Shown: positions 1 through 9,800 of the stretch, piece by piece
Layout: the number at the start of each line of letters is the position of its first letter
Numbering within the stretch: the first letter of the stretch is position 1
Assembly: GCF_032118995.1 (NCBI RefSeq)
Contig: NC_092653.1
Span: forward strand, 7,251,031 to 7,315,030
DNA length: 64,000 bases
Reading direction: 5' to 3'
From: Asterias amurensis
Lineage: Eukaryota
Notes under the pieces: generated by a model
Told to the model about the DNA's origin: nothing
Database searches by the model: none
Seen by the model: only the letters and a program-made list of their open reading frames with translations
Translations under genes and position numbers: made by a program

Positions 1-676
1 AGTAATACAAATAAATAATAAAGAGAAAATTCATGGATATAATTTTAACATGATGTTTATTTTCAGACCTGCCTTTCTTTTCCATTCCTTTTTTAATATC
101 ATGTTTGTTTTATTTTTTTGTAAACAAAATCATCGATTATCATGTTGTTATTGATACGCATCATAAATTGAATGATCATTTACTTAGCCCGCCTTGTTCA
201 ACAGCCCAACCCAAGAAGTTGTTGGGGCTGTTGTTTTGTTAAATGTTAGGCCTTTGGGCTTTATTAGCATGTTTAGGCTAGGGCCTACTAGCTAAATACC
301 ATGCTTACTGTGTACCTTACTAGTGTCATGTTCGTTATTTATGGGGATTTATGGCTCTCTTTTACTAGTTTTAACATCGGTCATATATAAGCTCCAATCA
401 TAGGCGCCTTATATAAATGTATGATAAGACATATGTAATTGTAAAAAGAGCCATAATCATCATTCCCTGGCAGAGGAAACATCTAACGATTGCCCCACCC
501 TTTCCTTTGTTTAAAGGAGTACAGTACAGCGCCCCAGTTACATGGGTCTCATGCCAGCTCGGGTTGGACTCCTCCAATACTCATCAAATTTTTCGTAAAT
601 TAATATTGTTAAAAATTTTCTCCAAGTCCAGTGTGTCCGTCATTAAGTGAAAGCTCCAGAATACATTGTCAGCAAC

Positions 677-782
677 ATGGCTGCGCGCATTGTGATGTGT
701 GAACCGACAGAACTGTATAACATCCTCCAGCAAGCCACATCATATCCGTGTCTCAGTGATCCTAACTACCTGCTATTGCTCG
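677..782 (+). CDS. STYXL1: STYXL1-like pseudophosphatase exon 1, start codon at 677 ([35 protein letters not shown])
   Basis: ATG in good Kozak context (aacATGG); the ORF runs into a GTAAGT donor at 783; rhodanese-domain-like N-terminus; phase is consistent with exon 2. Confidence 0.7.
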
Positions 783-1392
783 GTAAGTCGACCTCGAAGT
801 TATTTGTGACGCGGGCCTGGAACTACTTGCACGGAGGCCACAGAGGCCCTTGAGGCCTTGGCCTCTGTTGCCCCTGGTCTTGGCCTTTGTGCCCCTGGTC
901 TTGGCCTTTGTGCCCCATCAAAAGTTTTCAATAAACTTTAAGATTTTCCAGGGCAAGTGCCCTTTGCAAATTGAAGGTGGCCTTGCCCTCTCAGTGATGA
1001 AGTCCCAAGCCTGGCGACATACATTTGAAGTTGGTGTAACTCTTAGACCAAAAAATTCTCTGCCAAAAGTCTACTCAATTTGGGAAGCTTGACTGTGTGC
1101 ATAGCCCACTTCAAATGCTACAAAGACACCAAATGAACAACAGATAAATACTGAGTAACTCTTTGCAGATCTTGTATTTGACATACTCAAGCACTTGTAT
1201 TCATTAACTCATTATTGACACGGCTATTGTTAATTGGTAGATAAATAACATTGAGAGAACTGCTACATTAGTGGTTTTTAACCTTTTGTTTATAAAGTGG
1301 ACCCGAAAAAATGTGTACCAATGGTTTTGGCTGTTCACTGCACACCCTATGCATTTTTCATATTTTTATTAATGTTTATGTTTTGTTGACAG

Positions 1393-1454
1393 ATGCCAGG
1401 CAAACAAATGAATACAATGAGAGCCATATCATCACATCAAAGAAAGCTCCAAGG
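1393..1454 (+). CDS. STYXL1: STYXL1-like exon 2 (DARQTNEYNESHIITSKKAPR; rhodanese CDC25-like DxR..EYxxSHI motif)
   Basis: Acceptor ttgacAG at 1391-1392 and donor GTAATT at 1455; the frame carries through from exon 1. Confidence 0.75.
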
Positions 1455-1713
1455 GTAATTCCTTCCCCCTTATTTATCTATCAATGTCTGATACATCCAT
1501 CACCTGCTTATTGTAACCATGGAGCTATTTATAGCTCCATGATGTAACCTTTTGTCAGACTTCTCCATAATGTTCTTTGCTTTGCCGTCCTTGTCCGGTC
1601 ACCCAAGCCATCTTCACGAATATGTCCCTCCATGCTCTTGATTTGAATCTTTTTAATTATTATCATTTCCTTATTTTTTATGCCATGACAAATCTTGTTG
1701 TTCCCACTTGCAG

Positions 1714-1813
1714 TCTCCTTCAGGTGAATTTCTTGTACCGTATGATGGTGAACTGGAGTGCAAGATGCATGTTGTAGTGCTGGACAGCAAGACACACAGT
1801 TTAAAAGATCAAG
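1714..1813 (+). CDS. STYXL1: STYXL1-like exon 3 (SPSGEFLVPYDGELECKMHVVVLDSKTHSLKDQ)
   Basis: Acceptor cttgcAG at 1713 and donor GTATGG at 1814; the alternative acceptor at 1723 gives an in-frame stop and was rejected. Confidence 0.65.
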
Positions 1814-2214
1814 GTATGGACATGACTTATCCATTGACCTGTTAGTCGCCACATCCCATTTCAGTAAAGTCTTCTGTCAATAGTTATCTGGATATATTCT
1901 TATCTTCCAGTATGCGCTAATCCACCAATCAGATGCTCGAACTAGAGGGTGGTTTAAAAAGCTATAACCTACTCCTAGTTTTTATATTGCACTCTGCATA
2001 TTGTGAGTGTCAATGCCTCAGGCTCCACATACCGACAGTGCAAAAATTACATTCTAAACTTTGCGCGTGCATGCTGTTAGTTGCGAAATAATGTTTGGCA
2101 TGCAGAAGCGCTATATTTTTCTGTATTTTATTCGCGCTTGTGTCATAACTTATAATCACTCTTGTTAGAGCCAAACAAGAAGAAAGAACACAATAAATAA
2201 ATTTCAGTGTGAGA

Positions 2215-2360
2215 TGTGGTAGAGGAACCCCAGAGATTTGTTCCAGGGAAAACCCACACAGTCAAGTAGGGGCTGAAAACCCAATCCACATAGTGGCCCC
2301 CAGTGGGATTTGAACCGGGGTCCCCAGAGGTGGAAGGCGAGGCAAGACACCACTACACCA
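2215..2360 (-). mobile_element. tRNA-derived SINE, family A (antisense, T-arm-like GGGATTTGAACCGGGG)
   Basis: tRNA-like box B (GGTTCAAATCC in reverse complement); similar copies at 4530-4665 and 17780-17935. Confidence 0.55.
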
Positions 2361-2419
2361 AAATAGATAAGATGGTAAGAGTCTTGTCATGCAGTGTCCA
2401 TGCTCACTGTGTACAGTAA

Positions 2420-2790
2420 TATTAAAGGAACACCATGCCCTGGATCGGTCGAGTTGGTCTTCGAAAAGCATTTGTAACCATTTGTTATAAAATACATATG
2501 GTTAGAAAGATATTTTAAAAGTAGAATATAATGATCCACAAAAGTATCACTCGAAATTGCATGGTTTTCCTTTAACCTCGTCGACAAACACGGTCGGCCA
2601 TATGATCGACCGTGTTAGCTCGCAAAGTAAAAGGAAAACCACGCAATTTCGAGGCAAATGTGTGTGGATCATTGTATTCTACTTTTAAAACATCTCTCTA
2701 ACCATATACATTTTATAACAAACGGTTATAAATGCTTTTCAAAGACCAACTCGGTCGATCCAGGGCATCGTGTTCCTTTAAATTCTGCAA
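2420..2790. mobile_element. Foldback (hairpin) MITE copy 1 inside STYXL1 intron 3: an approximately 370-bp near-perfect palindrome
   Basis: The left arm 2420-2600 is the reverse complement of the right arm 2610-2790 (...gatcggtcgagttggtcttcgaaaagcatttgtaacc... mirrored); it produces mirror-image ORFs on both strands. Confidence 0.75.
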
Positions 2791-3104
2791 AAGCCAGCTG
2801 GACTGTACTTTCTATCCATGCTCAGTATGGTGTTTTGAGTTTGAACAGAGAGGAAATGAGAAGGCTGGGTTTTGTGAAACTTCGATCCATGGCAAACACC
2901 ATGCTTCTCAACATGCCTCGTTCTTAACACATTGTGGAAGACCATTCCCCTTTTCGCCCCACACCATCACCAGCAGTCACCGAAAGTTTATCTTTAAAGA
3001 TAATTTTAAACTTTGCCCGGTGGAACATGATGTACATGGGTTCACTGAAAATCTTATTAGGAAGTATATTATAACCTTTTAATCTCTTTTAATTATAACT
3101 TCAG

Positions 3105-3387
3105 GATCAGCTGTCGCTTGCGCCCAAGTCATGTCAGAAATGGGAAGTAGGAACCCGGTCAAAATCCTTCGAGGGGGATACGAGGAGTTCTCCGCCCTCT
3201 ACCCATTCCTCCGAACCCAGAAGATCATCTACATGCCGAGGGAGCTGGATGAGCTTGTGCCTTACCCCGTCGAGGTCCTACCGGGACGGTTGTATCTTGG
3301 GGATTGTCGGCAGGCATGCAGGACTTCTGTCAGGAAAGAACTAAAGATCAAGGCAGTGGTGTGCCTGACGACTGAGGCCAATGAACT
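3105..3387 (+). CDS. STYXL1: STYXL1-like exon 4 (end of the rhodanese domain, ...ILRGGYEEFSALYPFL, and start of the DSP fold, LPGRLYLGDCRQA...)
   Basis: Long ORF bounded by acceptor cttcAG and donor GTAAGG; similar to the MKP/DUSP rhodanese-to-catalytic-domain junction; an alternative acceptor 6 nt downstream (3110) is also in frame. Confidence 0.75.
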
Positions 3388-3885
3388 GTAAGGATAAGTT
3401 ACTCTGAAAAGTTATGCTTTTGTGTAAACACTGGGATGTTATTCAGTCAATTTGGAGGTTGAACATAGACAAATTGACTAGAGTGGGATTTGAACCACTG
3501 ACCTAGATTTGAACCAACCGGCAAGACATAATGTTTAGATATGTAGATATACAAATGGTGTACAGCAAACCACACAGTCATGTTTGATCATTACGTTAGA
3601 GGACACCTATTGTACACTGTTTGAAGCAATCCCTATGGGTTTTGTACACAAATGACTAGTGAGGACCCATGAAAACAAAGAACCGACTAGTGAGGACCTA
3701 TTGTCCCTATTGACAAATGTCCTCGGAGTGTAGGCCATACCAACCCACACATACATGTATATACATTGATACCTCACCATGCAATGCGGCTAAACTTATA
3801 CCAACCCACACATACATGTATATACATTGATACCTCACCATGCAATGCCGCCAAACTTTTGATGACTTGTTTTTTTCCCCTCCAG

Positions 3886-3986
3886 AGCCAGTGAGCTGAA
3901 CAGTGATCAGCTTCTTCAAATTCAAGTCTCAGATGATGAAGAGGGTGACTTGGATCCACACTTGAACCCAGCATGCCAATTTTTAG
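3886..3986 (+). CDS. STYXL1: STYXL1-like exon 5 (ASELNSDQLLQIQVSDDEEGDLDPHLNPACQFL)
   Basis: Acceptor ctccAG and donor GTAAAC; phase is consistent; DUSP-fold region preceding the P-loop. Confidence 0.7.
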
Positions 3987-4529
3987 GTAAACAGAGTTTG
4001 CAGACACTTTTCTTTTTCTTGGATTTGTTAAAATTTCTACTTCAGCTGTCCAACATTTATGGGGTTCATCCACTTCAACAAATGGTTTATATATACCAAC
4101 AAAACGGTAATTCCTGAGTCTGAGTTTTAAAGTCATCAAAGCATCCCACTTGAACATTTATTATGGTAGGACTAAATCTTACCTAAACTTCATTTAGTAT
4201 AGGTACCAATATTTTAAAATCCTCAATACAGGAAAAGCATCAACTCTTTATTGAACCAAGGATTTTTTTAATGAATATATATTTTGTATCTCATTTTTAA
4301 AACAAGTGTAACAACTTGTTGCAAACACATGAGAACGTAGAGTTGTTGTTGTAAATCATGTACTTTATTATATAAAAAAATAGAGAGTATATAAATTTAT
4401 GTATTTATTTATTAATATAATTCTGGTTTAGAATTCATTGATTCTATGAAAACTTAACTTAATCACTTTACTAGCCAAGAGCCCAATGGAGAGGAGACAA
4501 GGAAGAAAGTTTTAGTTTTAGACATGGGA

Positions 4530-4665
4530 GAAAAAAAAACCCAGAGAGTTATTTCAGGGAAAACCCATGCCATCAGGTAGGGCCTGAAAACCAATCCATA
4601 TTTAGTGCCCCCTGCGGGATTCGACCAGGGGTCATAGAGGTGGGAGACATGCACTTGACAAATGA
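4530..4665 (-). mobile_element. tRNA-derived SINE, family A copy
   Basis: ...cagggaaaacccatgccatcaggtagggcctgaaaaccaatcc...gggattcgaaccagggg..., homologous to 2215-2360. Confidence 0.55.
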
Positions 4666-4696
4666 TTTAACTGTTTCTTCCCTGTCTCTGTTTCAG

Positions 4697-4809
4697 GTAA
4701 AGTCATCGGTGCAGACCAAGCTGCTTTGGTATGTAGCGATCATGGACTTAGCCGCAGTGTCAGCGTGGTGCTGGCTTACCTCATGGTGTTCTACAAGTGG
4801 TCACTAAAG
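4697..4809 (+). CDS. STYXL1: STYXL1-like exon 6 carrying the degenerate P-loop GKVIGADQAALVCSDHGLSRSVSVVLAYLMVFYKWSLK
   Basis: An active DUSP has VHCxAGxSRS. Here the His is replaced by Cys and the catalytic Cys by Ser (CSDHGLSRS), the hallmark of MK-STYX pseudophosphatases. Acceptor tttcAG and donor GTAAAA. Confidence 0.8.
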
Positions 4810-5530
4810 GTAAAAGTTTCATGTTTTTCTCAACAGATGTCAAAGTAAAAAACAAAATGAAAGCCTTTATTTTTTTTTAAAGGTTTTAAGGCTAGTTCCA
4901 ATTTGAGGTGAACAACAAATTGCGAAGAGTAACAGTTCACAAAACTTAGTGATCACATCTATACATGTACATGTATACGCCAGGGCCGAATTTCAAAGAG
5001 CTGCTTAAGCACTAACAGTAGCAAGCACAACAAAATTGTGCTGATCAGAATAAGGTTAACAGCCAAAATACCATGTCATATTGTACAATTTATTGTGGTA
5101 TCCTGCTCATTCATTTCTACTAAGCAGTAAATTGTTAGCAATATTTTTTGCTTAAGCAGCTCTGTATTATCACAGTGTATTCTGTTTTTATCTAAATCAT
5201 CATTTTGTATGATACCGGCACATGAGATAATAGTGAAATGGAAATAAATGTTGAATTGAATTGAATTATGAAAATGGGCCTTGCAGGGTAATCAGGTTGG
5301 CGTAGTGGTATCTTTCCTCTCTATTCACCTCTTTTTTGGGGTTTCCCTCCCACATTTGAAACTAAAAACTTCATTCTTTGTCTTCCTTCCACGAGGTTCT
5401 CAGCTAGTACAGTGATTAGGCTGACTTTTCTGACAGTCCTTGGCTTCCCAACCAGATTTAAAATAAAAACATAAAATAAATGTACTAAAACAATTTATGA
5501 ACCTGTACAATTTGTTAATTTTTTCAACAG

Positions 5531-5662
5531 GAAGCTCATAAACATCTGCTGGATTGTAAGAGTAACATCCGTCCACATCGATCATTTGTACATCAGCTCT
5601 CCAAATGGGAGAAGACGGTATTTGGCGAGACGCTTACCGATGTTAGCGATCCAAACTTCTAA
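5531..5662 (+). CDS. STYXL1: STYXL1-like terminal exon (EAHKHLLDCKSNIRPHRSFVHQLSKWEKTVFGETLTDVSDPNF*), stop TAA at 5660-5662
   Basis: Acceptor caacAG; C-terminal DUSP-fold motif (RP..SF..QL...E); in-frame stop. Confidence 0.8.
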   Translation, partial: EAHKHLLDCKSNIRPHRSFVHQLSKWEKTVFGETLTDVSDPNF

Positions 5663-5814
5663 ACAGAAATTCAATATTGAGCCACACAACTGATATAATG
5701 CCTTAATAAGGGAAAGGTACATCATTCTAATCAACCAATGGTGTATTTCCATAGTGGTATCTATACGTTGTTGGTGGTTTTAGATTGACCCTCCTACAGT
5801 ATCTCCCTGGCTCA

Positions 5815-5930
5815 AGGACACAAGCGCTACGACCTGGACTCGAACCCACGCTCTTTTGATCAGAAACATCGGAGCTTGAGTTTGGATGCTCTTAATCGCT
5901 TGCCTACAACACACCACCCAAACTATAAAT
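5815..5930 (-). mobile_element. tRNA-derived SINE, family B
   Basis: ggactcgaacccacgctcttttgatcagaaacatcggagcttgag...; similar copies at 17590-17690, 20430-20540, 24615-24735, 26480-26545 and 28215-28270. Confidence 0.5.
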
Positions 5931-6445
5931 TGCACAAGGTACAATATGAAAGAATTTTCTATAACAACATCTTCCCTCTTCATTGGCTTCCTGCTAAAAA
6001 ATGTACAGGCTATGAAATAATACAATAGCCGGTTCCTTTGATGATGTAGCAACACTTAACGTTTTGGCTCAGTGATGTATAAATAGATTTCTAAATATGT
6101 TAAGCATAATGCTTTAGTAAAGGTTTACCGACAAACAGATTCTGATTGTAAGTGAAACTTTACTTAAACCATTATGCAGTTGTTACCCCTGGACTGAAAA
6201 TATCAATGAAGACTTAAGAGGGTGTCTTTTCTACAAAAACAAATACATAATTTATTTATAAACATGATATTTCAGTATTCCGCCCAAATACAATGATTAA
6301 ACTAACACCTAGCTGAACATGCTTGATCAGAATGTGTTGTTAAATGTTTTTGTAAAAACAATTACACCAGTATTTACACTGTTTGTATAGTTATCATGAT
6401 GGCAACAATGAGGCCTGTTATCAGTGTAAGATATTATGAACCTAA

Positions 6446-6451
6446 AATAAA
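6446..6451 (+). other. Candidate polyadenylation signal AATAAA for the STYXL1-like gene
   Basis: AATAAA about 785 nt downstream of the stop; no other obvious AATAAA lies closer. Confidence 0.3.
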
Positions 6452-6736
6452 CCCATTGTATATACTTAACAAGATAATTGTATTAAAATTATTTTGTGCT
6501 TTTTAAGAAATTTCGGAGTGGAGTAAAATTAACAGAAGAGATGACTCTGTGGTTAAGTGGAAACAAGTTGTTTAACCAGCTCTCCAAAACTAGAGTTAAG
6601 ATTACAAAAGGCAGGTCGATTAGCCCCCACCCCCCCCAAAAAAAAAAAAAAGGAGAAAAAAGTTTTGACTATGACTAAAGTCAATACAAACAGTCTATAG
6701 ATACATGCGCAACTATTAGAAATAATACAATTAATA

Positions 6737-7297
6737 TCAGGATACGACAGACCCAGTATATGTCCCTGCAATTGAAAGGACTTCCCTCCCCACCGTCTCC
6801 TCAGACCCACCATCTAAAAACGTCTCGGTCAGTTCCCTGAGCGTAATGGCAAGTCGTCTGGCGATTATTGCCCCTCGACATATTCCATGATTCCAGTCGT
6901 GTCTTGCGGCACCAGATACAACAATCAGACTCCGCGCTGGGAGTGGTATCCTTACAGTCAGGGCGGTTTGGGGGTCATGCTCGGCAGAGGTCGTATCTGA
7001 GGTTGTAACTGGGGTCAGATCTGAGGTCGTAACTGGGGTCATGTCCAGAAAGGTTCCCGACAACAAGTTGATTGTTATTAATCTCTCTCCCCATAACCAG
7101 CTGTCGTCCCTGTGGGGATCAATGGAGGACCCTCTGTCTGGGCGATAGTCAAGATTGCACAGTTCCACGGGGACAAAGTCGCCCAGACCAGGGTGTGAGT
7201 TTATGCGATTCACAAAGGGTTGGATGAACGGAGGCAGCCCTGTAAAACTTCCAGTTTTAAGTTTCCTTCGTTTGAAATTTACTTTTGGTCCGTAGTC
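6737..7297 (-). CDS. ALKBH4: ALKBH4 terminal exon (DYGPKVNFKRRKLKTGSF...VELCNLDYRPDRGSSIDPHRDDSWLWGERLITINLL...RIPLPARSLIVVSGAARHDWNHGI...RRLAITLRE...*)
   Basis: Matches human ALKBH4 block for block, including the Fe(II)/2OG dioxygenase HxD...H motifs (IDPHRDD, ARHDWNH) and RxxxTFR; acceptor ttcacAG on the minus strand at 7299-7298; stop at 6737. Confidence 0.85.
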   Translation of the reverse strand, partial: DYGPKVNFKRRKLKTGSFTGLPPFIQPFVNRINSHPGLGDFVPVELCNLDYRPDRGSSIDPHRDDSWLWGERLITINLLSGTFLDMTPVTTSDLTPVTTSDTTSAEHDPQTALTVRIPLPARSLIVVSGAARHDWNHGICRGAIIARRLAITLRELTETFLDGGSEETVGREVLSIAGTYTGSVVS

Positions 7298-7329
7298 CTG
7301 TGAAACAAAACAGAGATCTATAAACTTGT

Positions 7330-7930
7330 TTTTAATTTAATCTTGGTTTTTATCACAAAGAATGAGAAACACAAATATATGATATCATTTTGTTTGAAAT
7401 ATATTTTTCAAAGAGTTCAATAACTTCAACAATATTGCAAATTAAAAAAGTATATAAATTTTAAGTAATTGGAGAGGTTTACACATTTAATTCTAATTGT
7501 TAATGACCAGTGATTAAAACTAAATTTTTTAAAAGGTTGTTCACAGAGTTTAAAATCTTCAACAAAATTTACAATTAAAAGAATAAGAACCTTTACAAAA
7601 AGAAATAACTAAAATAACACAAAATTGGCAAGGTTTAAACAAACAACTTTATACATTGTTAATGACTGGTGACTAATATAAGTTTGTTTATTAAGATTTT
7701 CCAAAAAGTTAAAAATCTTCAACAAAATTTACAAATAACAAACGTAAGAACTTCAACAACATTGAAAGTTACAAAATAAATCATTGGGCAAATTTTAAAC
7801 AAACAATGCTCAGTTGTTAATGATCAGTGATAAAATAAGTTTGTTTTAAAAAATAAACAAAAGAAGTCATTGGCCAAGTTTTAAACAAATAGTTCTAAAA
7901 ATTGTAATTGAGCAGTGATTTTTTACACTA
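7330..7930. repeat. AT-rich tandem (satellite-like) array of about 125 bp x 4-5 in ALKBH4 intron 2
   Basis: Repeated ...aaaatcttcaacaaaatttacaa.taa.aa..taagaac...ttaaacaaacaa...ttgttaatga.cagtgat... units. Confidence 0.7.
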
Positions 7931-7966
7931 ATAAAGAGTTAACTAAAATAAAATCCTTTGTCTCAC

Positions 7967-8197
7967 CTGTTTCCATCGCCCAGACTGAGACGGTTTCCAT
8001 GGTGACTCATCAATAATCTGGACAATTTCTGCCTCTTCTTCTTCAGACACAAACTCAGGTATGAGAATGACTCCTGGAAAAACAAGACCATTCCCGGAGT
8101 GCTCCTCACAAGTCGACGTTACTATTGACTTCTCTTTAAAACTTTCTGTCTGTTGATACGCTTCATTACACATCCAGCAGTAAATGTACCGCTTCTC
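7967..8197 (-). CDS. ALKBH4: ALKBH4 exon 2 (EKRYIYCWMCNEAYQQTESFKEKSIVTSTCEEHSGNGLVFPGVILIPEFVSEEEEAEIVQIIDESPWKPSQSGRWKQ)
   Basis: Minus-strand acceptor ttttacAG and donor GTGAGA; matches the human YRFIYC...WAFPFPGVMLIEDFVTREEEAELV...PWKLSQSGRRKQ block. Confidence 0.85.
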
Positions 8198-8625
8198 CTG
8201 TAAAAAATAATACAAACACACTTTTCTGAATTTGCTTGTGGTTCATTTTTTTCTACAAATCTGTGTTTTTTTAAGTTTAGTATTGCTTGTGGTTCAGCAC
8301 ATCTTCTTTGTAACAAAAATAAAATATTCTGACCTCTGGAAATTATATTATATTTCCTCTGGCAAAGTCAAGTTTTGGTGTTCAGTTTGCAGTTAGCCTC
8401 ACTGGTATCTATTTCTTGAAAAATTATGCAGAAAACAAACATTTTATATTCATAATTTCTTAAACTCAAACACTTCGGCAGCTGAACAGCAAGGAATTAT
8501 TAGTAAGAATTATTTAACTACTTCTTGAATTGACGTTTCATGGCCCAAATGTTTTTCCTTGAATGAATTTTGACAGATGACACTGTTCAGAAAAAAAAAA
8601 AAACATGATAAAACTTTGGCATATT

Positions 8626-9370
8626 CTAGACCCAGTATTCAGTAACTGGGGCGCTGTACTCCTTTTGTTTGAAGTTTGTCATTATCTATTGTTATTTAGT
8701 GACAAATTTTGAAAAAAGGAATTCAGCGCCCTGGGTCTGAGTTCTACCTCCATGGTCTGGGCTACTCCTAGAACTATGCGGTGTGTTCCCAGACGCGTGT
8801 CCATATGTTTTGTACACAAAGCACAGATCAGGTATTTTTTCTTTCCAGGACGAACGTGTGCAGATAATTCTCCACGTTTGTCCTGGGGGAAAAAAAAAAA
8901 TTCGCACGTACCTCGCAACGCGTCGGGCAATCGGCATTTGTATTGTAGTGGTAAAATGGAGTAGTTGGGGGACTGAATTACGGTAAGAATTTATAATTTT
9001 TAACAATTTTTAAGATTGCGGAGTGGATTCTCTGGACGTCCCCCCAATCAATGAGAGTTTTAAGGACAAATACATAAAGCCTAATTTTGGCGTGATCTAA
9101 ACTTTATACCAGAACCATAAAAAAAGCAGACTCGTTAGTGTCGTGAGAGATGTCAACCTATGAGGTTATGGGAGATGATAGCGGAACGAAATCACATAGT
9201 TCTAGGAGTAGGTCTGAGCATGGAGAGAGAAAAAAAATATATTTCTACCTCACTGGTCTGAGCATATGCCACTGACAATCAAGTGCAATAATTTTACAAC
9301 ATTTAGAAATAGTTCGATTGAGAACGTCAACATTTCTAAAAATGGAGTACAATGCCCAAGTTACGGGTCT
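8626..9370. mobile_element. TIR-bounded element (about 745 bp) in ALKBH4 intron 1, with nested inverted repeats
   Basis: Outer inverted repeats tctagacccagtattcagtaactggggcgctgtactcc (8626-8662) and ggagtacaatgcccaagttacgggtcta (9343-9370); inner inverted repeats at 8735-8780 and 9195-9240. Confidence 0.5.
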
Positions 9371-9692
9371 AATTTTAATTTACTTTTTTGAGATATCCCT
9401 TTTTGTTAAAAATAGTGAAAAAGTAGTGGCGCCATATGGAAAGTTATCCTATCTTTCTTTAAAAATATTCCCTATAAATAAGCATTACGTTCACAAAAAA
9501 CAATAAACTTAGTTTATTTGCAGAGAGTTTCAGACCATGTTGACATACAAAACTCTTGACTGGTGAGGGACAACAGCGCCCTCATCGGCAATTGCCGTTG
9601 AGAAATAAAAGAATGAACACAAATATCTGAACAATTCCGACAAAAGTCACGGGTCGAAGTTGAAAAAAAAAACTTATATAATAGAAACTTAC

Positions 9693-9800
9693 ATGTGGTG
9701 ACTTTGATGTGACAGTACTTTGCGAAACACCACAGCCATTTTCACATAATAAACAAGTTCTTATGCCCTTACACCCACATTTCTCTACCCAATCCACCAT
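9693..9800 (-). CDS. ALKBH4: ALKBH4 exon 1 (MVDWVEKCGCKGIRTCLLCENGCGVSQSTVTSKSPH), start codon at 9800-9798
   Basis: Conserved N-terminal CGCKGIRTCLxCE motif (human ECGCKGIRTCLICE); minus-strand donor GTAAGT after 9693; upstream in-frame Mets at 9833 and 9878 are possible but not supported by homology. Confidence 0.7.

Noticed and set aside
1529-1852. 107-aa ORF on the minus strand overlapping STYXL1 exon 3
   Set aside because: It is antisense to a confirmed coding exon and intron, with no splice signals or conservation.
2387-2927. Mirror-image ORFs 2387-2587 (-) and 2658-2927 (+); likewise 22736-22966 (-) and 22795-23085 (+)
   Set aside because: Both arms of the foldback palindromes give the same peptide on opposite strands. 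That is a signature of a hairpin repeat, not of a gene.
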